DNA of 42,225 nucleotides from Ruminococcaceae bacterium UBA7030 (GTDB taxonomy: Bacteria; Bacillota; Clostridia; Oscillospirales; Acutalibacteraceae), in contig DLBD01000049.1 in the NCBI GenBank assembly GCA_002494125.1, positions 1 to 42,225 of the forward strand, given 5' to 3'. Below the pieces are notes generated by a model. It searched no databases. It had not been told where the DNA came from and worked only from the letters and a program-made list of their open reading frames with translations. The position numbers and the translations under genes were made by a program. Positions 8,388 through 17,975 of the stretch are shown here, in pieces (position 1 is the first letter of the stretch; every line of letters starts with the position of its first letter).

Positions 8388-9257
8388 TCACATTATCCCG
8401 CTAAAATCAAATGGCGGAATAAATTTTTTATCAGCAGAGCTCATTTCCTGAATGAATATCTTTTCCATCCCCTTTGAAAGAGCATAATCGACAACCTTAT
8501 TGTATTCCCTTTCGGTGATTTTTCTGTCAATTTCAGGGCAGGAGGAAAGGTCGCCGCACGGCACATATTGCGCCATAAGCGAAAGATACGTATCCGGAAG
8601 GTTTTCACAAAGCCAGTCGATAAGCGCAAGTGAAGAATTGGTATTCTGAGGCAAAATAAGATGACGGACAATCATTCCGCTTTTCATCATACCGTTTTCA
8701 TTAAAGCTATCCTTAACCTGTAAACGCATTTCTTTAAGCGCATTTGAAGCAATTTCAAAATAGTTTTCTGCAGACGAATATCTTTTCGCCTTATCAGACC
8801 TTATATATTTTAGATCGGGAAGGTATATATCAACCTTTCCTTCAAGTTCTTTGAGCATCTGCACACTCTCATATGAGCTTGTGTTATAGACTATCGGAAC
8901 AGGACTTTCCCACCTTTCAAACAGGTCTGAAAGACGTTTGGCATAGTGAGTAGGATTAACAAGATTTATGTTTTCCGCACCATGTGAAATAAGCCTTTCA
9001 AATATTTCAACAAGCTTTTCATCACAGACTTCTACACCTTTATTCTCACGGCTTATTTCATAATTCTGGCAGTAGACGCATCTCAAATTGCACCCGCTGA
9101 AAAAGACGGCGCCGCTGCCGTTTTTACCGCTTATACATGGCTCCTCCCAAAAGTGAAGCGATGCTCTTGCAAGTCGAAACGCCGATGGAGAATTGCAGTA
9201 TCCCTGTTTCAAATCCCTGTCAACGTTGCATTTTCTCGGACAAATATTACAAATCAT
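8388..9257 (-). CDS. Radical SAM protein, PflX/COG1313-like
   Basis: CNICPRKC, HFWEEPCISG..GSG.VFFSGCNLRCVYCQN (CxxxCxxC), IVRHLILP. Confidence 0.88.
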   Translation of the reverse strand: MICNICPRKCNVDRDLKQGYCNSPSAFRLARASLHFWEEPCISGKNGSGAVFFSGCNLRCVYCQNYEISRENKGVEVCDEKLVEIFERLISHGAENINLVNPTHYAKRLSDLFERWESPVPIVYNTSSYESVQMLKELEGKVDIYLPDLKYIRSDKAKRYSSAENYFEIASNALKEMRLQVKDSFNENGMMKSGMIVRHLILPQNTNSSLALIDWLCENLPDTYLSLMAQYVPCGDLSSCPEIDRKITEREYNKVVDYALSKGMEKIFIQEMSSADKKFIPPFDFSGIM

Positions 9258-10072
9258 AAAAGAGCCTTATAAATGTCGTTTTTCCTAAACGGGGTTTGCG
9301 CCGCCGTTTCCTTTGCTGCATTATTTACTGACATACCGTTTTCAACATAACCCTTTGCCATATTCACCGCATCTTCAAAGGTGATTTCTTCAGCAGCATC
9401 TTTTGCCTTTCCCTCTATAATAAGAACGAGCTCACCTTTAAGCTTTCCGTCACAGTAAAGCTCACATGCCTCTTTAAGCGTTGTCATTATAACCTCTTCG
9501 TGAATTTTTGTAAGCTCTCTCACTATGCAAAGCTTTCTGTTACCGAGAGCGCAGTACAAATCCTTAAGAGTATTGGCAAGCTTGTGCGGCGCCTCGTAAA
9601 AAATCATCGTGCGCATTTCGTCCTTTATATCTTCAAGGTGTTCGCGCCGTGATTTTTTGCTGACAGAAAGAAAGCCTTCAAATGTAAAGCGCCCCGAATC
9701 CATACCTGAAATTGCAAGTGCGGTTGCAAAGGCTGTCGGTCCCGGTACCGACTCAACATCAATATTCATTTCGTGGCAGAGATGAACAAGGTCCTGTCCC
9801 GGATCGGAAATTGCAGGCATACCCGCATCTGTAACTATCGCACAGCTTTCGCCGTCTGCTATTCGGGAGGCAATATATTCTCCTCTTTCTCTTTTATTGT
9901 GTTCAAAATATGAAACCATTTCTTTTTTTATACCGAAATGATTCAGAATTTTAAGTGTAACTCTTGTGTCCTCTGCGGCAATAAAGTCAACCTTTTCAAG
10001 CGTTTCAACCGCCCTTGGCGAAAAATCGCCGAGATTACCAATCGGAGTTCCTACTACATAAAGCTTACTCAT
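9254..10072 (-). CDS. rsmI: 16S rRNA (cytidine1402-2'-O)-methyltransferase
   Basis: LYVVGTPIGNLGD, AAEDTR, DAGMPAISDPG, YEAPH, RELTKIHEE. Confidence 0.96.
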   Translation of the reverse strand: MSKLYVVGTPIGNLGDFSPRAVETLEKVDFIAAEDTRVTLKILNHFGIKKEMVSYFEHNKRERGEYIASRIADGESCAIVTDAGMPAISDPGQDLVHLCHEMNIDVESVPGPTAFATALAISGMDSGRFTFEGFLSVSKKSRREHLEDIKDEMRTMIFYEAPHKLANTLKDLYCALGNRKLCIVRELTKIHEEVIMTTLKEACELYCDGKLKGELVLIIEGKAKDAAEEITFEDAVNMAKGYVENGMSVNNAAKETAAQTPFRKNDIYKALL

Positions 10073-10800
10073 TTATCGTACCCGTCGGCATATGAGCCGT
10101 ATATTTCAAGCATTTCGTCTGTGAATTTACCGTTTTCCTTTTTTATTATAAGTTGTGGCTCGACACGGAGAAAAGGCTTTGCGCCCTTCTGCCCCTGAAT
10201 AAGAAACAGAAACGGCTGCTCGCCTGCTCTGTCCTGAACAAAGCGGAGTCTTTTCGGCTCAAGCTTATACTTTCGCATAAGCTCTATTGCGTCAACAAGA
10301 CGTTCAGGTCTGTGGCACATACAAAACCGCCCGCTGTACTGAAGCAGATATGAGGCTGCTTTTACAGCGTCTTCAATATTACAGCACACCTCATGCCGTG
10401 CAATTCTCGCACTTTCGTCGAGGGATTCTATGCCGGTTCCTACAGGCTTATAAGGCGGGTTCATAGTTACAAGCGAAAACTGTTCCGCTTCAAATGTGTC
10501 CTGCACACGCCTTAAATCGCAAAGGTATGGCTTAATCCTTTCTTCAAGATGATTAATCTCAACACTATGCTTCACCTGGTCATAAGCGTTTTGCTGTATA
10601 TCAAGGCAGTACACATTGTTAATTTTACTGCTGCGAAGCCAGAGAAACGGTATAATTCCGCATCCCGTTCCCATATCAAGCGCTTTATCACGAGCCTTGA
10701 TTTTTGCAAAGTAGGAAAGAATTACAGCGTCTGTGCCAAAGGTATGCTCCTCACTGACTGCTATTTTGATGTCGTCTGATAGTCGTTCATAATTATACAT
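10069..10800 (-). CDS. tRNA1(Val) adenine37-N6 methyltransferase family (YabB/TrmN6-like)
   Basis: FGTDAV.L, LDMGTGCG, NPPY, ARHE, HRPERL; lies upstream of rsmI as in the yabB-rsmI arrangement. Confidence 0.88.
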   Translation of the reverse strand: MYNYERLSDDIKIAVSEEHTFGTDAVILSYFAKIKARDKALDMGTGCGIIPFLWLRSSKINNVYCLDIQQNAYDQVKHSVEINHLEERIKPYLCDLRRVQDTFEAEQFSLVTMNPPYKPVGTGIESLDESARIARHEVCCNIEDAVKAASYLLQYSGRFCMCHRPERLVDAIELMRKYKLEPKRLRFVQDRAGEQPFLFLIQGQKGAKPFLRVEPQLIIKKENGKFTDEMLEIYGSYADGYDK

Positions 10801-10863
10801 AGCTACATTATATCATATTTTCAAAAAAAATAAACCCGCAAATGCAGGTTTATTCATACTTTA

Positions 10864-11676
10864 TTATGCGTCCAGCGCCTTTGAAAGAAAGCTCTTGAGT
10901 ATTTCGCTTTTTGGATTTCCGAAAACCTCATCAGGCGTTCCGTATTCCTCAATAACTCCGTTTGCCATAAATATAACCTTGTCGGCAACGCCCCTTGCAA
11001 ACTCCATTTCGTGAGTAACAACAATCATTGTGCTGTTGCCTGTCTTAAGGCTTCTTATAACATTAAGCACCTCTCCCGTAAGCTCGGGGTCAAGCGCAGA
11101 TGTCGGCTCATCAAAGCAAAGAATATCGGGCTGCATTGCGAGTGCTCTTGCTATTGCAACACGTTGCTGCTGCCCGCCGGAAAGCTCGCACGGGTAAGCC
11201 TCTGCCTTGTCAGTAAGCCCCACTCTTTCAAGAAGCTCATCTGCATTGTCATCAATCTCTTTAAGACGATTCGACTTGTAGTCTGAAGGAATATCCTTCT
11301 TCGCCTTTTTCATTGCTTTAATCTCACCCTTTAACGCAAGCCTTGGCGCAAGGGTAAGATTATCCTTAACATTATACTGCGGGAAAAGATTGAACTGCTG
11401 GAAAACCAGCCCGAAGTGCAACCTGTTCTTTCTTATTTTAGACTCCTTGAGAGTTGCCTCATCATCGCCGTCAAAAAGAAGATTTCCGTTTACGGTTATA
11501 GTTCCGTTGTCGGCAAGCTCAAGAAAGTTAAGACAGCGAAGAAGCGTTGTCTTTCCGCTTCCGGAGGAGCCGATAATAACGAGCACGTCGCCCTTTTCAA
11601 GCTCGAAATCAATTCCCTTAAGGACGTCATTATTGCCGAAGCTTTTATGAATATTTTTAACCTCTAAAATAGCCAT
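10864..11676 (-). CDS. Polar amino-acid ABC transporter ATP-binding protein
   Basis: GSSGSGKT, LSGGQQQRVAIARAL, FDEPTSALDPE, VTHEM. Confidence 0.95.
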   Translation of the reverse strand: MAILEVKNIHKSFGNNDVLKGIDFELEKGDVLVIIGSSGSGKTTLLRCLNFLELADNGTITVNGNLLFDGDDEATLKESKIRKNRLHFGLVFQQFNLFPQYNVKDNLTLAPRLALKGEIKAMKKAKKDIPSDYKSNRLKEIDDNADELLERVGLTDKAEAYPCELSGGQQQRVAIARALAMQPDILCFDEPTSALDPELTGEVLNVIRSLKTGNSTMIVVTHEMEFARGVADKVIFMANGVIEEYGTPDEVFGNPKSEILKSFLSKALDA

Positions 11677-11685
11677 AATAACCTC

Positions 11686-12333
11686 CTATACCTGATAATA
11701 GTCAAGCTTCTTTTCAAGCTTGGAAAAGAGAATTGTAAGCAATCCGTTGAACACAAGGAAGAACACGCCCGTGTAGAAAAGGGGCCATATAAGTCCTCTT
11801 GCGGTAAATCGGTCAGCCATCATGATTATTTCCGAAACAGCTATAACTCTTGCAAGCGACGTATCCTTTACAAGCGTGATAATTTCATTACTCATCGGCG
11901 GAATTATCTTTTTTACAACCTGCATAAGAACGACTCTGAAGAATATCTGCGACTTGGACATACCAAGCACCTGTCCCGCCTCATGCTGTCCTACCGATAC
12001 ACTTTCGATACCTCCCCTGTATATTTCGGAAAAATAACAGGAGTAATTAATAACAAACGCAACAAGCGCAGACATAAGTCTTGTTTTCATCGGAGTGCCG
12101 AAAAGAATACCCGGCACATAGAACACAACAAAAAGCTGAAGCATAAGAGGTGTACCTCTTATAATCCACACAAATGTCTTTGAAAGCCAGCGCACAGGCG
12201 GTATTTTTGACATTGAGCAAAATGTTATCACAAGGCCGATTGGAAGTGAAAAAGCAAGCGTTAAGAAAAACAGCTTTAAGTTTTCACCAAAACCGTCGAG
12301 CAGTGTTTTTGATACTGTAATTAAATCATTCAT
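11686..12333 (-). CDS. Polar amino-acid ABC transporter permease
   Basis: RGTPLMLQ, SEIYRGGI, GQHEA, LVKDTSL. Confidence 0.95.
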   Translation of the reverse strand: MNDLITVSKTLLDGFGENLKLFFLTLAFSLPIGLVITFCSMSKIPPVRWLSKTFVWIIRGTPLMLQLFVVFYVPGILFGTPMKTRLMSALVAFVINYSCYFSEIYRGGIESVSVGQHEAGQVLGMSKSQIFFRVVLMQVVKKIIPPMSNEIITLVKDTSLARVIAVSEIIMMADRFTARGLIWPLFYTGVFFLVFNGLLTILFSKLEKKLDYYQV

Positions 12334-12357
12334 AAACTCTTATCATCCCATAACGCA

Positions 12358-12388
12358 ACAAAAACGGGCGGTGTTTTGCACCGCCCGC
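12358..12388 (-). terminator. Intra-operon hairpin between substrate-binding gene and permease
   Basis: CGGGCGGTG-loop-CACCGCCCG with T-tract on the minus strand. Confidence 0.6.
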
Positions 12389-12401
12389 AGACGTTTAATT
12401 A

Positions 12402-13235
12402 TTATTTTACAAGCTGACCTGTAAGACCGTATTTCTCCGCAATCTTATCAAGTGTACCGTCAGCCATAAGCTCTGCAATAGCCTTGTTAACCTCTGCTGT
12501 TACATCACTGTCCTTTCTGAAAGCAATGCCATACTGCTCATCAGCAAAGGATACATTTTCGATAATAGCAAGGTCAGCATAGTCGGAGCCTTCCTTAAGA
12601 GAGCCAATGCCTGTTACATAGTCGATTACGGCTGCATCTGCTGTGCCTGCCTTAACCTCCATCATAGCATTCTTCATAGCCTCTACTGCTGTGTAATTAG
12701 CCTCGCCGAAATAGTTTGTATAATCAGGAGAAAGGATAGCCTCCTCACCTGCTGATTCCTTCTCAGCTACTACAACCTTACCTGCAAGTGCGCCGGGTAC
12801 TGCATAAGCCTCTGCGTTTTCAGCCTTGCAGATGAGAACCTGCTTATTATTCATATACGGATTAGAAATTGACATTGTAGCCTGTCTGTCCTCTGTGATA
12901 GTAAGTCCGTTCCAGATACAGTCAATATTCTTTGCGGAAAGCTCTGTTTCCTTAGCGTCCCATGAAATCTCCTGGAATACCGGCTCAACGCCGAGCTTTT
13001 CGCAAACTGCTTTACCGAATTCAACCTCAAAGCCTGTAAGCTCGTTGTTTTCATCAAGATAATCCATAGGCTCAAAATATGTAATACCAATTACAAGAGT
13101 GCCCTTTTCCTTAATGTATGCAAGGTCGGAAGCGGTGTCAGCTGTCTTTTCTGTGTTTGAGCATGCAGCGAAGATGCCTACTACTGATACAAGCATTAAT
13201 ACTGCAAGCATAACCGATAAAGCTTTTTTCATCAT
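12402..13235 (-). CDS. Amino-acid ABC transporter substrate-binding lipoprotein (family 3)
   Basis: Lipobox FAAC; KGTLVIG, IDCIWNG.TIT..R, EQYGIAFRK. Confidence 0.93.
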   Translation of the reverse strand: MMKKALSVMLAVLMLVSVVGIFAACSNTEKTADTASDLAYIKEKGTLVIGITYFEPMDYLDENNELTGFEVEFGKAVCEKLGVEPVFQEISWDAKETELSAKNIDCIWNGLTITEDRQATMSISNPYMNNKQVLICKAENAEAYAVPGALAGKVVVAEKESAGEEAILSPDYTNYFGEANYTAVEAMKNAMMEVKAGTADAAVIDYVTGIGSLKEGSDYADLAIIENVSFADEQYGIAFRKDSDVTAEVNKAIAELMADGTLDKIAEKYGLTGQLVK

Positions 13236-13258
13236 TTTAACCTCTCATTTCAAAAATG

Positions 13259-13339
13259 TTTCACCGTGAAAACGTGTTACCACTTTAGCACGATAAATTG
13301 CTGTAGGCATATTATAACAGATATACTATAAAAAATCAA
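13259..13339 (-). promoter_or_regulatory. Promoter plus candidate operator(s) of the amino-acid ABC operon
   Basis: TTGATT-17-TATAAT on the minus strand (13339-13311); palindrome TTTCAC-C-GTGAAA at 13259-13271. Confidence 0.5.
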
Positions 13340-13355
13340 CTGTTTATTTTACACG

Positions 13356-13385
13356 AAAAAAAGCAGTCGTTGACTGCTTTTTTTC
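13356..13385. terminator. Terminator
   Basis: AAAAAAAGCAGTC-GTT-GACTGCTTTTTTT. Confidence 0.85.
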
Positions 13386-13420
13386 AATGAAAGGTAAAAT
13401 GATTTTATATAATATCAGGT

Positions 13421-15097
13421 TTATTCCTGTATTTTGTTTTTCTTACTAACCGTAACGCTTACAGCGATTATTATCAGAATCACTATTCCTGCAATAAGGA
13501 AGTACCAAGCGGAGCTTACCGGTGATGACGATTTGTCATTTGTTGCGCTTATTTGCGTTGTCTGCACCTCTTCGCTTGCCGGTGCTGAAGCGTTAGTTGA
13601 AAAAGTTGTTTCAATTCCGTAGTGTGAATCAAAATCGCTTCTGTCGATAAAATCTGATGAAAGCTCATTTGAGTCTGATGTTGTAACTTTATTTGAATAT
13701 TCACCTGTTACGGTAATTGTTATATCGCTGTTACCTGAAACGACTGTTTCGCCGTTTGCAACTACCGTTACGGTATTACCGTTTTCGTCAACAATCTGTC
13801 CGCCGTTTTCAACGTTAAGATTTGTTACTGTTGAATTCTCGGTTACAACCCACTTTGATGATGAGTCGACGTTAACTGTTACCGGCGAATCCGTCTTGCT
13901 CGTATTCACTGAATTATCGGTGATTGATGTTGAGCCTGTATAGCTTGTTGAATCAAGAAGATAAAGGTCAAGAGAGCTGATAGTGTCAACTGAAATATCA
14001 CCCGAAAGGGTTTCGCCGAGTGCAGTAAAGGTTACGGTACCGCCGTTACTTCCTTCTGTGCCCCAGTTATTTGAGCTGTTGCCTTCAATGGTAAGAAGGT
14101 TAACGTTATCAGAATCAAAATTCAGCGAAGAATTCTTCAATACAACATTTGCTGTTGTGTTAGTAATATAGAACATCGTTCCGCTTTCGATACTGCTTGA
14201 AAGAGTTGAATTTACCGCATTAAAGGTTGCGGTTTCGCCTGTCGTGGTTTCAGCATCACCCGATGTTGACTGGTAAATGATAATACCGTTTGCAACAGGG
14301 TCGCTTGCAGTTTTGCCCGTAATAGTGCTTGAAAGGTTTGAATTGTAGATAAGAACCGTGTTGAGTCCTTCCATACCTACAAGCTGGCTGCCGGAAGAAG
14401 TACCGTTTACATTGTCAACCTCAATATCGCCTGTTGAATAAAGAAGCGGTGAGCCTGAGCCGTTTGTAGTGAGGTCTGAATTTGTTAATGAAACACTACC
14501 GCCGCCCCTGTCAGTAGCAAGCGCTGCGCAATGGTCGCCTTGAGTAGTTATGTCGGTACTGTCCGCAATTATTGTACCGCCGTAGGTTGCGTCAAGTCCT
14601 CTTGAATTATCCGAGCTTGTTGCAATATCGTTATTGTAGGAATACACTGTTGCGCTGTCTGTTGCAAATATTGCGTTACTTCCTGTGCTGTCGGCTGAAA
14701 GCTTACTTGAACTGATATAAGCCATTGAGTCCTCGCCTGTTGAGAGGAGAATCGAATTGATACCATAGAAATTACAGTTGTCCCCGTCATTGTCGCTTCC
14801 CGATTTGGTCAGTGTTGAATTTGTGACATCGAGTACGCCGCCGTTTTGTGCAAGCGCTGTGTTCACATCACTATCGGAGGAGGAGAGTATTTCACCGTCT
14901 GATGCTACGCTTTTTGCGTCAGCCGTCAAGCTTGCGGCAAGCGTACCCGAATAGTCATATGTCATAGTATTTGCGCCTCCGCCGAAGCCTGAACCTCCCG
15001 GTGCTTGCGGCGGTGCGGCAAACGCTGACATTGCCGTTGTCATACATAATACTGCCGATAAAGATACGGCAAGTGTTTTTGCTAAATTCTTTTTCAT
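13421..15097 (-). CDS. Ser/Thr/Gly/Asn-rich surface protein (probable beta-helix, adhesin-like) with C-terminal TM anchor
   Basis: Signal peptide, repetitive beta-strand-like composition, C-terminal hydrophobic helix followed by KKNK. Confidence 0.7.
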   Translation of the reverse strand: MKKNLAKTLAVSLSAVLCMTTAMSAFAAPPQAPGGSGFGGGANTMTYDYSGTLAASLTADAKSVASDGEILSSSDSDVNTALAQNGGVLDVTNSTLTKSGSDNDGDNCNFYGINSILLSTGEDSMAYISSSKLSADSTGSNAIFATDSATVYSYNNDIATSSDNSRGLDATYGGTIIADSTDITTQGDHCAALATDRGGGSVSLTNSDLTTNGSGSPLLYSTGDIEVDNVNGTSSGSQLVGMEGLNTVLIYNSNLSSTITGKTASDPVANGIIIYQSTSGDAETTTGETATFNAVNSTLSSSIESGTMFYITNTTANVVLKNSSLNFDSDNVNLLTIEGNSSNNWGTEGSNGGTVTFTALGETLSGDISVDTISSLDLYLLDSTSYTGSTSITDNSVNTSKTDSPVTVNVDSSSKWVVTENSTVTNLNVENGGQIVDENGNTVTVVANGETVVSGNSDITITVTGEYSNKVTTSDSNELSSDFIDRSDFDSHYGIETTFSTNASAPASEEVQTTQISATNDKSSSPVSSAWYFLIAGIVILIIIAVSVTVSKKNKIQE

Positions 15098-15246
15098 AAA
15101 TTATCACTCCGTAAAATCACATTGCGTGATTGTATTTATCTCGGGTTTCCCCTTTCGTTGTCTTCATATTACAGCAGAAAAATGACGGGAATTTGCAGTT
15201 TTTATGAAAAATCTATTGAAAAAATAAACAATTTTCTCCAAAAGTA

Positions 15247-15283
15247 TTGACAAATCTTTAACATATGAATATAATTTCATATG
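15247..15283 (+). promoter_or_regulatory. Sigma-A promoter overlapped by an ArsR/SmtB-type operator
   Basis: TTGACA(15247)-17-TATAAT(15270); inverted repeat CATATGAA-tataat-TTCATATG centred on the -10. Confidence 0.8.
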
Positions 15284-15352
15284 AACAGATGAATTAATTT
15301 AGTTATTTGTTCGTTTGATAATTAATTACCATTCATTACGAGGTGATATATA

Positions 15353-15571
15353 ATGAAAAAGACATATGACGTTGAGGTTGACTGCGCAAACTGTGCAGCA
15401 AAAATGGAAGAAGAAATCAAGAAGATAGACGGAGTAAGCAACGCTGTATTAAGCTTTATGACGCTGAAACTTAAGGTTGATTTTGAAGAGGGCGCAAACG
15501 AAAATAAGGTTATGAAAAATGCGCTCAAAGCATGCAGAAAAGTGGAGAGCGACTGTGAAATTTATTTCTGA
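15353..15571 (+). CDS. Stand-alone heavy-metal-associated (HMA) domain protein
   Basis: VDCANCAAKME..I.KIDGV; GAGGTG RBS. Confidence 0.9.
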   Translation: MKKTYDVEVDCANCAAKMEEEIKKIDGVSNAVLSFMTLKLKVDFEEGANENKVMKNALKACRKVESDCEIYF

Positions 15572-15572
15572 T

Positions 15573-17450
15573 ATGACAAGAAAACAGAAAAAAGTATTTT
15601 ACCGTATTGTTATAAGTATAGTTTTACTCATAGGCGTAGTAATAACAAGCCGTATGGCTACGATACCTGAATACGCAAAGGCAATACTTTTTCTCATTCC
15701 CTATTTTGTAATCGGGTATGACATACTGAAAAAGGCTTTACTCGGAATAAAAAACGGTCAGATATTTGACGAAAACTTTTTAATGGCTATAGCTACTGTC
15801 GGAGCATTTGCGCTTGGTGAATTCCTTGAGGCTGCAAGCGTTATGCTTTTTTATCAGATAGGCGAGCTTTTTCAGAGCATTGCTGTTGGCAAAAGCAGAA
15901 AGAATATTTCATCTCTTATGGATATTCGTCCCGACTTTGCGAATGTCGAGAGGAACGGAGAAATTGTTTCGCTGGAGCCTGACGAGGTAGAAATAGGAAC
16001 AGAAATAATAGTTAACCCCGGAGAAAAAATTCCTATTGACGGAGTTATCACACAGGGTAAAACCGAGCTCAACACCTCGGCTCTTACAGGCGAGAGTATG
16101 CCTTGCGAGGCAGAGGTCGGCGATGAGGTTATAAGCGGAAGCATAAATATGACTGCGCTTATAAAAGTCAGAACTACAAAGGAATTCGGCGAATCAACCG
16201 TTTCAAAAACACTTGACCTTGTTGAAAATTCAAGCATGAAAAAATCGAGGTCGGAAAACTTTATAACGCGTTTTGCGAAGTATTACACACCAGCTGTTTG
16301 TGCAGGTGCGCTTGTACTTGCATTAGTACCTCCTGTTGTCAGACTTATATCAGGAAGTGAGGCTATGTGGCAGGAGTGGATAATCAGAGCGCTTACATTT
16401 CTTGTAATCAGCTGCCCTTGCGCTCTTGTAATTTCAATACCTCTCAGCTTTTTCGGCGGAATAGGTTGTGCGTCAAGTAACGGAATTCTTGTTAAAGGCT
16501 CAAACTATCTTGAAGCACTTTCTAAAACAACCTGTGTTGTATTCGACAAAACAGGTACTCTTACTAAGGGCGTTTTTGAGGTTTCCGAAATTAAGCCGGC
16601 AGGCGCTTTCAGCCGTAACGAGCTTATCGAATACACTGCATATGCCGAGCTTGCGTCAAGCCATCCGATAAGTATCAGCATTAAAAACGCATATGAAAAA
16701 AGCCTTGACAGAAGCCGCGTCGGTGAAATTGAAGAAATTTCAGGCCACGGTGTCAAGGCAGTGGTTGACGGAAAGGTTGTTTATGTCGGAAACGAAAAGC
16801 TTATGAAAAGCATCGGAGTTGACGTAAATGAAAACGGCGAAATAACTACAACCGTATATACAAGCATTGACGGTGAATATGCCGGATACATCAGCATTGC
16901 AGACACGCTTAAACCAACAAGCAAAAATGCTCTTAAAGCACTTAAAGCAAACGGCGTTAGAAAAACAGTTATGCTTACAGGCGATAACGAAACAACGGCA
17001 AAGGCGGTTGCTGAAGCACTTGAGCTTGACGAATACAAAGCTTCCCTCCTTCCCGCAGATAAGGTAAGCGAGGTTGAAAGACTGCTTAGTGAAAAAAGCG
17101 ATAAGGAATGCCTTGCTTTTGTCGGCGACGGTATTAACGACGCACCCGTTCTTTCAAGAGCGGATGTAGGAATAGCGATGGGGGCGCTCGGTTCTGACGC
17201 CGCAATAGAGGCTGCGGACATCGTTCTTATGGACGACAATCCCCAAAAGATTTCTCTTGCAAAAAAGATATCTGCAAAGACTCTTAAAATTGTAAAAGAA
17301 AATATCGTTTTCTCACTTGCTGTTAAATTTATCTGTCTTATACTCGGGGCACTCGGAATTGCAAATATGTGGGTTGCAATTTTTGCCGACGTAGGCGTTA
17401 TGGTCATTGCTGTTATCAATGCAACAAGGGCATTAAGAATTAAACTTTAA
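15573..17450 (+). CDS. cadA: Zn/Cd/Pb-translocating P1B-type ATPase
   Basis: LTGES, SCPCAL, DKTGTLT, S.HP, MLTGD, GDGINDAP; ATG at 15573 directly after the HMA stop. Confidence 0.92.
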   Translation: MTRKQKKVFYRIVISIVLLIGVVITSRMATIPEYAKAILFLIPYFVIGYDILKKALLGIKNGQIFDENFLMAIATVGAFALGEFLEAASVMLFYQIGELFQSIAVGKSRKNISSLMDIRPDFANVERNGEIVSLEPDEVEIGTEIIVNPGEKIPIDGVITQGKTELNTSALTGESMPCEAEVGDEVISGSINMTALIKVRTTKEFGESTVSKTLDLVENSSMKKSRSENFITRFAKYYTPAVCAGALVLALVPPVVRLISGSEAMWQEWIIRALTFLVISCPCALVISIPLSFFGGIGCASSNGILVKGSNYLEALSKTTCVVFDKTGTLTKGVFEVSEIKPAGAFSRNELIEYTAYAELASSHPISISIKNAYEKSLDRSRVGEIEEISGHGVKAVVDGKVVYVGNEKLMKSIGVDVNENGEITTTVYTSIDGEYAGYISIADTLKPTSKNALKALKANGVRKTVMLTGDNETTAKAVAEALELDEYKASLLPADKVSEVERLLSEKSDKECLAFVGDGINDAPVLSRADVGIAMGALGSDAAIEAADIVLMDDNPQKISLAKKISAKTLKIVKENIVFSLAVKFICLILGALGIANMWVAIFADVGVMVIAVINATRALRIKL

Positions 17451-17454
17451 TAAT

Positions 17455-17490
17455 AAAAAACGGTGGCAGGATTTCTTCCTGTCACCGTTT
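17455..17490. terminator. Bidirectional terminator
   Basis: AAACGGTGGCAGGA...TCCTGTCACCGTTT. Confidence 0.8.
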
Positions 17491-17503
17491 AACACAATAT
17501 AAA

Positions 17504-17857
17504 CTACATATACTCGGCAATACTGATGCCTGCTGCCGCAGCAACTACACCTGCAATAACAGAGATAACAATACCGATTATCCACAATACAATATACGAG
17601 ATAATAAGATTCTTCTTATTCTTATTTGTATTTGAGCTGCAAAGCCAGACTATCCACATAATGATATTGAGAATCGGAATTGCGGAAATGATGAAAAATC
17701 CGATATACTCTCCAACCGACATAACCTTTGAGGTATTGTCAACTGCAGGCGGATAATACACAGGCTGAACAGGCTGCGTATACTGAGGATGAGGTTGTGT
17801 ATACTGCTGATACTGCTGATTTGGATTTGGGTTATATCCCTGGTTGTAATTGTCCAT
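17504..17857 (-). CDS. Small membrane protein with Q/P/Y-rich N-terminal tail
   Basis: GGAGG RBS before MDNYNQ; two hydrophobic segments. Confidence 0.75.
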   Translation of the reverse strand: MDNYNQGYNPNPNQQYQQYTQPHPQYTQPVQPVYYPPAVDNTSKVMSVGEYIGFFIISAIPILNIIMWIVWLCSSNTNKNKKNLIISYIVLWIIGIVISVIAGVVAAAAGISIAEYM

Positions 17858-17975
17858 TTTATACCTCCAAAAAAATTTATTACAAGACAAATATATCATA
17901 ATATTAATACAGTGTCAATTATTGATGAATATAAAATAATATGATATAATAGCAAAAAAAGAAAGGTGATTAATT

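Noticed and set aside
15519-15573. Frameshifted HMA-CadA fusion
   Set aside because: HMA ends with a clean stop immediately followed by an ATG. Split HMA plus ATPase is a normal clostridial arrangement and no slippery site is evident
16781-17419. Long antisense ORFs (this one, 26483-26980, 36825-37349, 8037-8477 and similar)
   Set aside because: Shadows of well-supported genes on the opposite strand, with no RBS or recognisable motifs
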